Part shown: positions 50,070-60,186 of the stretch, in pieces
How positions within the stretch are numbered: position 1 is the first letter of the stretch
How the letters are laid out: every line of letters begins with the position of its first letter
From: Pristiophorus japonicus
Lineage: Eukaryota
Reading direction: 5' to 3'
DNA length: 64,000 bases
Assembly: GCF_044704955.1 (NCBI RefSeq)
Contig: NC_091984.1
Coordinates: 145,576,001 to 145,640,000 of the forward strand
Made by a program: the position numbers and the translations under genes
The notes under the pieces: model-generated
Seen by the model: only the letters and a program-made list of their open reading frames with translations
Told to the model about the DNA's origin: nothing
The model's database searches: none

Positions 50070-50398
50070 GCCGAGGGAAGACACCACCCACGCTGACCCT
50101 GCTGCCCCCCTCCACGGAGGAGGTCACGACCAAGGGCACTGCCACCCTGGTGTGCCTCGCCGATCACTTCTACCCCGATGCGGTGGAGGTGGAGTGGAAG
50201 AAGGACGGGGTGACCATTTCGGCCGGGGTCCAGACCAGCGACTACCTGCGAGCTTCGGACAACACCTACAGTGTCAGCAGCCTGCTGACCCTCTCTGGCT
50301 CCGACTGGGAGTCCAACGCCAGCTTCTCCTGCAGCCTCACCCACGAGAGCCTCTCCTCTCCCCTCAGCAAGGGAGTCAGGAGAGCAGAATGTGCGTAG
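50070..50398 (+). CDS. IGKC: Ig kappa-type light-chain constant exon of the V-J-C cluster (C-right)
   Basis: Acceptor ccctttcag|GC CGA; in frame with J (..KLRL-S-RGKTPPTLTLLPPSTEEV..CLADHFYP..W..FSCSLTH..AECA*). Confidence 0.97.
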
Positions 50399-50895
50399 TG
50401 TGTCAGGGACAGTCCGCGGGGGAGACGCAACTTTAAATAGAACAGGGGGTGAGCCGGGAGGGCAAAGGTCATTGTCAGCACTGCATTTCTACTCTCTTCC
50501 TTCTCGGGACTGGGTCAGGGAAAGCATCTGAGGTTCAGGGGGTAAGGCAAGTTATTGGGGCAGTGTCAGGGGAGCTTTACTCTGTATCTAACCCGTCCTG
50601 AACATGCCCTGGGAGTGTTTGATGGGACAGTGTAGAGGGAGCTTTACTCTGTATCTAACCTGTGCTGTACCTGCCCTGGGAGGGTTTGATGGGACAATGC
50701 TGACTCGTGCTGCCAAGTAAAACCTCTCGAAGATGCTGAAGACTGTCAGCAGAGTAAAACTAATGTTAAATTGCAAAGTGCCGCTTCAGTAAGCAGACCT
50801 CCTCCCTGCTCACCCTGATGTTGCAATTCAAGGTTTAGTCCCCGTTTAAAGGGACAGGATTCTCACGGTGTGGAGAAAATCCCCACAACTGTTTT

Positions 50896-50901
50896 AATAA
50901 A
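50896..50901 (+). terminator. Polyadenylation signal (second AATAAA at 50991-50996)
   Basis: AATAAA ~500 nt after the stop, followed by GT-rich sequence; conserved in the left copy. Confidence 0.65.
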
Positions 50902-51033
50902 GCTGCATTCTCCCTGTGAATGTCTCCAGCTCACTCTCACTGGGCTGTTTATTCAAGTCTTGTTTCTCTAAACATGAATCTGTAAAAGGTAATAAACGTG
51001 AAGAATATTCAGTCTGTGTCTGGCGAGTGCTTT

Positions 51034-51116
51034 GGAAATGCCCCTCCTCCCCCTCAGCTGGATTGGCTGCATTTCAGTAAGTGTCTGTCCTGATTGGCTA
51101 GGTGGGCTGTCAATCA
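51034..51116 (-). promoter_or_regulatory. Candidate PBX-PREP/MEIS decamer + double CCAAT + kB-like module 3' of C-right
   Basis: CTGTCAATCA 51107-51116, ATTGG 51093-51097 and 51062-51066, GGAAATGCCCC ~51034-51044. Confidence 0.45.
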
Positions 51117-51709
51117 GTGGCACGAGAGCAGGAGATTTGTTTTGAAGCCAATTATCAATCATTTTAAAACAATCAATTTGACCTCGAACCCCTGGAGTGC
51201 ACAAGATTAAACACAGAGACACTAAAAGCTGCTGGGATTAAACCCTCCCAGTCTGAGCATTGGTTCTCACTCTGCACACTGGGGGTGTTGGGACAGCCCC
51301 GATAGTGGGATCGCACTGTGCACTTGTGCTGACTGCTGGGGGGAAATCTGGGGGCAGGAGGCCAAGGTCACAACGTTGCATTCTCTCTCCTTAACGTGTG
51401 GCTCGTGACAGCAGCACAAAACTGTACCGAGTGAGGCCTCAGCTTCGGGAGAGGAGCAGTCAGTGTATCACTGTGTACATGTCCCTGAATGTTAGTGTGT
51501 CTTACCCAGCACCGCGTGTAGGTGTGTGTGTGTGTGTGTGTGAGTGTTACCCAGCACTGTTATGTCGGCCTGAGGAGTGCTCCGCGGTGATGCGGTCTTT
51601 AAGGGACTGTGAGGGAGCAGGGGAGTGGAGGGGTGACCAGGGCGATGATCAAGGGCTGACCATGTGTGGAATGGTGGGGACCAGGGCGATCGGGGGGGTG
51701 TTCTCAGGG

Positions 51710-53760
51710 AGTCTCACCAATACCCTGTGCAGATGTAGCAGGACTTCTCTGCTTTTATACTCCATCCCCCTTACAATAAAGGGCAACATTACATTAGCTT
51801 TCCTGATCACTTGCTGTACCTGCATACTAACTTTTTGTGTTTCATGCACCAGGACCCCCAGATCCCTCTGTATTGCAGCAGTTTGCAAGTTTTCTCCTTT
51901 TAAAAAATAAATTGCTTTCCTATTCTTTCTGCCAAATGGATAGCCTCACATTTTCCCACATTATACTCCATCTGCCAACGTTTTGCCCACTCACTGAGCC
52001 TGTCTATAGCCCTTTGCAGATTTTTAGTGTCCTCCTCACAATTTGCTTTCCCAGCCACCATCATAGGCAGTCCCTCGGAATCGAGGAAGACTTGCTTCCA
52101 ATCTTAAAATGAGTCGTTAGGTGACTGAACAGTCCAATACGAGAACCACAGTCCCTGCTACAGGTGGAACAGACAGTCATTGAGGGTAAGGGAGGGTGGG
52201 ACAGGTTTGCTGCACATTCCTTCCGCTGCCTGCACTTGATTTCTGCATGCACCACGGCGAAGAGATGCGAAGTGCTCAGCGCCATCCCAGATACATTTCC
52301 CAGATCCACTTCGGGAAGTCTTTGGCCAGGGTCTCCCAGGTGTCAGTGGGGATTTTGCACTTCATCAGGGAGGCTTTGAGGGTGTCCTTGTAACGTTCCT
52401 CTGCCCACCTTTGGCTCGTTTGCCGTGAAAGAGTTCCGAGTAGAGCGAGTATTCAAAAAGGAGTTAGATGTAGTCCTTACTACGAGGGGGTCAAGGGGTA
52501 TGGCGAGAAAGCAGGAATGGGGTACTGAAGTTGCATGTTCAGCCATGAACTCATTGAATGACGGTGCAGGCTCGAAGGGACGAATGGCCTACTCCTGCAC
52601 CTCGTTTCTATGTTTCTATGTTTGGGTGTCTTGTATCTGGCATGTGGACAATGTGGCCTGCCCATGGAGCTGATCAAGCGTGGTCAGTGCTTCAATGCTG
52701 GGGATGTTGGCCTGGTCGAGGACACTAATGTTGGTGTGTCTGTCCTCCCAGCAAATTTTGCTACTTTACACTCAGTCCCTTCATCATTAATAGAGATTGG
52801 AAATAATTGAGGCCCCAGCACCGATCCCTGTGGCACCTCACTAGTTATTGTTTGCCAAAGGGAAAATGACCCATTTATCCTGATTCTCTGTTTTCTGTTA
52901 GTTAGCCAATCTTCTATCCATGCTAATATATTACCCCCAACCCCGTGAACTTTTATCTTGTGCCTTTTATGTGGCACCTTATCGAATGCCTTCTGGAAAT
53001 CCAAATACACCACATCCACTGGTTCCCCTTTATCCACCCTGCTCGTTACTTCCTCAAAGAATTCCAGCAAATTTGTCAAACATGATTTCCCTTTCATAAA
53101 ACCATGCTGACTCTGCTTGATTGAACTACGCTTTTCCAAATGTCCTGCTACTGCTTCCTTAATAATGGACTCCAGCATTTTCCCAATGACAGATGTTAGG
53201 CTAACTGGTCTATAGTTTCCTGCTTTCTGTCTGCCTCCTTTTTTAAATAGGGACGTTATATTTGCTGTGCGTGCTTTGGAGAGGGCGTTAAAAGGAGCGG
53301 CGACATCCAGAATACCAGATTTTGCCTCAATTCAACAACAACAACCTGTATTTATTTAGCGCCTTTAACATAGTGAAACGTCCCAAGGCACTTCCCAGGA
53401 GTATTATGAGATACAAAATTTGACACCGAGTCACATAAGAAGAAATTAGTGTAGGTGACCAAAGAGGTATGTTTTAAGGATCGTCTTGAAGGAGCAAAGA
53501 GAGGTAGAGAGGTGGAGAGTTTAGGGAGAGAGTTCCAGAGCTTGGGGTCTCGGCAACAGAAGGTACGGCCACCAATGGTTGAGCGATTATAATCAGGGAT
53601 GCTCTGGAGGAAAGAATTGGAGGAGCACAGACATCTCGGGGGCTTGTGGGGCTGGAGGAGATTACAGAGATAGGGAGGGTCAAGGCCATGGAGGGATTTG
53701 AAAACATTGATGAGAATTTTAAAAATCGAGGCATTGCTTAACCGGAAGCTGATAATGGTC
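51710..53760 (-). mobile_element. Nested cluster: CR1 (-) interrupted by an RTE 3' fragment (~52055-52750, itself holding a + CR1 tail at ~52450-52620), then an L2 3' fragment (~53340-53760)
   Basis: CR1 RT ORF 52684-53178; RTE tail CATCATAGGCAGTCCCTCGGAATC; L2-type IFKILINVFKSLHGLDPPYL..LWNSLP. Confidence 0.8.
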
Positions 53761-53979
53761 TCTACCCTCCCCTTTCCCCCGCCCCCCCCGAGCTGCTCCC
53801 AAGCCTCGTCCCTCCCCTCCCTCACTCCTGCCCTCCTCACACCCCATCCCTCCTTCTCCCTCCCCCAAATCCCAATCCTCCCATCCATCACCCTGCACTC
53901 CCTCCCCACCTCTGTGCCCCACTACCTCACATGCCCCTCCTCCCCCCCCATCCCCTCCGTCCCTCCCAAACTGGAGTAG

Positions 53980-55275
53980 CCCATTCGGCCCCTCGAGCCT
54001 GCTCCACCATTCAATGAGATCATGGCTGATCATTTATCACAACTCCACTTTCCTGCACTGTGCCCATATCCCTCGATTCCCTTAATATCCAAAAATCTAT
54101 CGATCTCCGTCTTAAATATACTCAACGACTGAGCCTCCACAGTGCTCCGGGGTAAAGAATTCCAACGAATCACTACATTTTCTGAGTGAAGAGGTTTCTC
54201 CTCATCTCAGTCCTAAATGGAGGACCCCTTATTCTGAGACTGTGACCCCTGGTTCTAGACGCCCCAGCCAGAGGAAACATCCTCCCTGCATCTACCCTGT
54301 CAAGCCCTGTCAGAATTCTGTATGTTTCAATGAGATCCCCTCTCATTCTTCGAAACACTAGAGAGTATGGGTCTAGTCTACTCAATCTCTCCAAAGGACA
54401 ATCCCCTATCCCAGATGTTCGTCTGATGTGTCAGCGTGTTTGTCACACGTGACGGAGCAGACAGCAGGAGTTCCACCAGTAACACAGGACGTTACCTCAG
54501 TGCCCGGCCCACTTTCCCCATCCACTTACCACATTCTTACAGGTAAACGGGCTCAGCACCTGCCCTCGGCCGGTGAAATGTCTCCCCTCTACACCACAGG
54601 CTGCCCGTCATCTGTTCCCCATCTCACTACTGAAGGCACTACCTCTGGCTGGGGCACAGCTCCCCTCCCCAAGTGGGCTCACTGTCCCAGTGTGAGCCCA
54701 GATACTGAGCATTTCAGGCTAATCGACCATGAGGTGTCAGCCGTGGCTCAGTCACTAGCACGCTCGGCTCTGAGAAAAGGAAGAAAGACTAGCATTTATA
54801 TAGCGCCTTTCACAACCACCAGACATCCCAAAATGCTTTACAGCCAATGAAGTAATTTTTGAAGTGTACTCACTGTTGTAATGTCGGATATGCAGGAGCC
54901 AATTCTTGCACAGCAAGCTCCCACAAACTGCAATATGATGATGACCAAATAACCTGTTTTTGTTATGTTGATTGAGGAATAAATATTGGCCAGGACACCG
55001 CAGTGGGATTTGAACCCTCAAATTCTGACTCAGAGACTAGGGTGCTACCAACTGAGCCACTGGCTGACTCCATTTGGCCCATCTTGTCCGCGCTGGCCGA
55101 CAAAGGGCTATCCAGCCTAATCCCACTTTCCAGTTTTGGGTTCGTAGCCCTGTAGGTTACGGCACTTCAAGTGTATATCCAAGTACTTCTTAAATGTGGA
55201 GATTGTTTCTGCCTCTACCACCCTTTCAGGCAGTGAGTTCCAGACCCCCACCATCCTCTGGGTGAAGGCATTTCA
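53980..55275 (+). repeat. Direct duplicate of J-C intron segment ~42470-43880
   Basis: Same CR1-to-unique, unique-to-SINE and SINE-to-CR1 junctions; shared unique core. Confidence 0.9.
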
Positions 55276-58200
55276 TAAGAACATAACAACATAAGAATTA
55301 GGAACAGGAGTAAGCCATCTAGCCCCTCGAGCCTGCTCCACCATTCAACAAGATCATGGCTGATCTGGCCGTAGACTCAGCTCCACTTACCCACCCGCTT
55401 CCCAGAACCCTTAATTCCCTTATTGGTTAAAAATCTATCTATCTGTGATTTGAATACATTCAATGAGCTAGCCTCAACTGTTTCCTTGGGCAGAGAATTC
55501 CACAGATTCACAACCCTCTGGGAGAAGAAATTCCTTCTCAACTTGGTTTTAAATTGGCTCCCCCATATTTTGAGGCTGTGCCCCCTAGTTCTCGTCTCCC
55601 TGACCAGTGGAAACAACCTCTCTGCCTCTATCTTGTCTATCCCTTTCATTATTTTAAATGTTTCTACAATATCACCCCTCATCCTTCTGAACTCCAACGA
55701 GTAAAGACCCAGTCTACTCAATCTATCATCATAAGGTAACCCCCTCATCTCTGGAATCAACTGAGTGAATCGTCTCTGTACCCCCTCCAAAGCTAGTATA
55801 TACTTTTTAAAAAAGGAGGGAGAGAGAAAACGGAATTATCGACCGGTCAGTCTGACCTCAGTAGTGCGTAAAATGATGGAATCAATTATTAAGGATGTCA
55901 TAGCAGCGCATTTGGAAAATGGTGACATGATAGGTCCAAGTCAGCATGGATTTGTGAAAGGGAAATCATGCTTGACAAATCTTCTGGAATTTTTTGAGGA
56001 TGTTTCCAGTAAAGTGGACAAAGGAGAACCAGTTGATGTGGTATATTTGGACTTTCAGAAGGCTTTCGACAAGGTCCCACACAAGAGATTAATGTGCAAA
56101 GTTAAAGCACATGGGATTGGGGGTAGTGTGCTGACGTGGATTGAGAACTGGTTGTCAGACAGGAAGCAAAGAGTAGGAGTAAACGGGTACTTTTCAGAAT
56201 GGCAGGCAGTGACTAGTGGGGTGCCGCAAGGTTCTGTGCTGGGGCCCCAGCTGTTTATATTGTACATTAATGATTTAGACGAGGGGATTAAATGCAGTAT
56301 CTCCAAATTTGAGGATGAACACTAAGTTGGGTGGCAGTGTGAGCTGCGAGGAGGATGCTATTAGGCTGCAGAGTGACTTGGATATGTTAGGTGAGTGGGC
56401 AAATGCATGGCAGATGAAGTATAATGTGGATAAATGTGAGGTTATCCACTTTGGTGGTAAAAACAGAGAGACAGACTATTATCTGAATGGTGACATATTA
56501 GGAAAAGGGAAGGTGCAACGAGACCTGGGTATCATGGTTCATCAGTCATTGAAGGTTGGCATGCAGGTACAGCAGGCGGTTAAGAAAACAAATGGCATGT
56601 TGGCCTTCATAGCGAGGGGATTTGAGTACAGAGGCAGGGAGGTGTTGCTACAGTTGTACAGGGCCTTGGTGAGGCCACACCTGGAGTATTGTGTACAGTT
56701 TTGGTCTCCTAACTTGAGGAAGGACATTCTTGCTATTGAGGGAGTGCAGCAAAGGTTCACCAGACTGATTCCCGGGATGGTGGGACTGACCTATCAAGCA
56801 AGACTGGATCAAATGGGCTTGTATTCACTGGAGTTCAGAAGAATGAGAGGGGACCTCATGGAAACGTTTAAAATTCTGACAGGTTTAGACAGGTTAGATG
56901 CAGGAAGAATGTTCCCAATGTTGGGGAAGTCCAGAACCAGGGGTCACAGTCTGAGGATAAGGGGTAAGCCATTTAGGACCGAGATGAGGAGAAACTTCTT
57001 CACCCAGAGAGTGGTGAACCTGTGGAATTCTCTACCACAGAAAGTAGTTGAGGCCAATTCACTAAATATATTCAAAAGGGAGTTAGATGAAGTCCTTACT
57101 ATTCGGGGGATCAAGGGTTATGGCGAGAAAGCAGGAAGTGGGTACTGAAGTTTCATGTTCAGCCATGAACTCATTGAATGGCGGTGCAGGCTAGAAGGGC
57201 TGAATGGCCTGCTCCTGCACCTATTTTCTATGTTTCTATGTTTCTATACTTCCTTAATTAAGGTGACCAAAACTGCATGCAGTACTCCAGGTGCGGCCTC
57301 ACCAATATCCTGTACATTTGCAGCAGGACCTCCCTGCTTTTGTACTCCATCCCTCTCGTAATGAAGGCCAACATTCCATTCGCCTTCCTGATTACCTGCA
57401 AACTAACTTTTTGGGATTCATGTACAAGGACCCCCAGGTCCCTCTGCACCGCAGCATGTTGTAATTTCTCCCCATTCAAATAATATTTCCTTTTACTGTT
57501 TTTTTTTCCAAGGTGGATGACCTCATATTTTCTGACATTGTATTCCATCTGCCAAACCTTAGCCCATTTGCTTAATCTATCTAAATATCTTTGCAGCCTC
57601 TCTGTGTCGTCTACACAACCCGCTTTCCCACTAATCTTTGTGTCATCTGCAAATTTTGTTACGTTACACTCTGTCCCCTCTTCCAGGTCATCTATGTACA
57701 TTGTAAACAGTTGTGGTCCCAGCACCGATCCCTGTGGCACACCACTAACCACTGATTCCAACCCGAAAATAATCCATTTATCCCGAATCTCTGCTTTCTG
57801 TTAGCCAGCCAATTCTCTATCCATGCTAATACATTTCCTCTGACCCCGCGTACCTTTATCTTCTGCAGTAACCTTTTGTGTGGCACCTTATTGAATGCCT
57901 TTTGGAAATCTAAATACACCACATCCATCGGTACACCTCTATCCACCATGCTCGTTATATCCTCAAAGAATTCCAGTAAATTAGTTAAACATGATTTCCC
58001 CTTCATGAATCCATGCTGCGTCTGCTTGATTGCACTATTCCTATGTAGATGACCCGCTATTTCTTCCTTAATGATAGCTTCAAGCATTTTCCCACTACAG
58101 ATGTTAAACTAACCGACCTATAGTTACCTGCCTTTTGTCTGCCCCCTTTTTAAAACAGAGGCGTCACATTAGCTGCTTTCCAATCCGCTGGTACCTCCCC

Positions 58201-59090
58201 AGAGTCCAGAGAATTTTGGTAGATTGTAACGAATGCATCTGCTATAACTTCCACATCTCTTTTAATACCCTGAGATGCATTTCATCAGGACCAGGGGACT
58301 TGTCTACCTTGAGTCCCATTAGCCTGTCTAGCACTACCCCTCTAGTGATAGTGATTGTCTCAAGGTCCTCCGTTCCCACATTCCCATGACCAGCAATTTT
58401 TGGCATGGTTTTTGTGTCTTCCACTGTGAAGACCGAAGCAAAATAATTGTTTAAGGTCTCAGCCATTTCCACATTTCCCATTATTAAATCCCCCTTCTCA
58501 TCTTCTAAGGGACCAACATTTACTTTAGTCACTCCTTTCAGTTTTATATATCGGTAAAATCTTTTACTATCTGTTTTCATGTTTTGCGTAAGTTTACTTT
58601 CGTAATCTATCTTTCCTTTCTTTATTGCTTTCTTAGTCATTCTTTGCTGTCGTTTAAAATTTTCCCAATCTTCTAGTTTCCCACTAACCTTGGCCATCTT
58701 ATACCCATTGGTTTTTAATTTGATACTCTCCTTTATTCCTTGGTTATCCACGGCTGGTTATCCCTTCTCTTCCCGCCCTTCTTTTCACTGGAATATATTT
58801 TTGTTGAGCACTATGAAAGAGCTCCGTCCAGTCCTCCACTGTTCCTTAATTGTGCCACCGTTTAGTCTGTGTTTCCAGTCTACTTTAGCCAACTCTGCCC
58901 TCATCCCTCTGCAGTCCCCTTTGTTGAAGCATAGTACGCTCGTTTGAGACACTACTTCCTCACCCTCAATCTGTATTACAAAATCAACCATACTGTGATC
59001 ACTCATTCCGAGAGGATCTTTTACTTTGAGATCGTTTATTATTCCTGTCTAATTACACAGGACCAGATCTAAGATAGCTTGCTCCCTGCT
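55275..59090 (-). mobile_element. CR1 ORF2 (-) interrupted by a young + strand CR1 (55808-57247)
   Basis: Host ORFs 55377-55790, 57258-57761, 57692-58087 and 58242-58751; the insert has RT ORFs 55765-56325 and 56309-57148 separated by one frameshift. Confidence 0.92.
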
Positions 59091-59119
59091 CCCTTCTCCT
59101 CACATACCCTCGAAGCTTC

Positions 59120-60186
59120 TGACCAATTACTTTAAATCTATGCCCCCTGGTTATTGACCCCTCTGCTAAGGGAAATAGATCCTTCCTATCCACTCTATTT
59201 CAGCCCCTCATAAGTTTATACACCTCAATAAGGTCTCCCCTCAGCCTCCTCTGTTCCACGGAAAACACCCCCAGCCTATCCAATCTTTCCTCATGGCTAA
59301 AATTTTCCAGTCCAGGCAACATCCTCGTAAATCTGCCTATGTGCAATTGGTTGCAAAGCACCTTGGGATGTCCTGAGGTGGTGAAAGGCGCGATATAAAT
59401 TCAAGGCTTTCTTTCATTGAAGTGGGAGGGCCCTGATCCTGACCCTCACCCATTGTCTGCGCACTCTGACCTTCCAGGAGGTCACGGGATCATTGGGAGT
59501 AGTAACCCTGTCTGACCTCGGTATTTTGAGGCTAATTGTCGCCTCACCCTTGACCTCACCCCGGTGCTGGGCAGCAAGCTTTTAAATACAATCTACAAGC
59601 TTCTACACCGTCACCCAACATGAAGCCTTGCTGAAGTGTGTTTATACAAGTGTGTCGCAATGTTCCCGGATAAAGTTCTCCCGATCTGTGTGTGATCTGA
59701 GCTTTCTCACTGCTGAGCCTGTTTCCCCTGTATCCACCCATCTACAGTTCGAGCTTCCTGCCAGTGAACAACGTCTTAACGGGACACTCAGTCTTTACCG
59801 ACTCTTACTGTTAACCATTTCAGTGCTGAATGTGTGCCAACCCTGCACTGCAGATGTTTATACAACAGTCCAATATGATTTTGAGTATCAGCCGTGGTTC
59901 AGTGCGTTGCACTCTCGCCTCTGAGTCAGAAGGTTGTGGGTTCAAGTCCCACTCCAGGGACTTGAGCACAAAAATCTAGGCTGACACTGCAGTGCAGTGC
60001 TGAGGGAGAGCTGCACTGTTGGAGGGGCTGTCTTTCGGATGAGATGTTAAACCGAGGCCCCGTCTGCCCTCTCAGGTGGATGTAAAAGATCCCAGGACAC
60101 TATTTTGAAGAAGAGCAAGGGAGTTCCCCCCGGTGTCCTGGTCAATATTTATCTGTCAAGCAACATGACAGAAGAACACATTATCA
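59120..60186 (+). repeat. Direct duplicate of C-proximal intron segment ~48600-49670, ending ~400 bp short of where a C exon would be
   Basis: Unique 49047-49370 block and flanking CR1/SINE junctions recur at 59566-59890. Confidence 0.9.

Larger units (their letters stand above)
46525..51560 (+). repeat. Right arm of the inverted segmental duplication (partner ~10690-16465)
   Basis: Collinear reverse-complement match including shared element junctions. Confidence 0.92.

Noticed and set aside
36850-50398. Assignment as lambda/sigma light chain or T-cell receptor
   Set aside because: V-12RSS/23[14 protein letters not shown]1, QQ...P CDR3, FGKGTKLRLS J and a single C exon ending in Cys-X-stop with no transmembrane exon fit a kappa-type light chain. 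Formal isotype assignment still needs a phylogeny.
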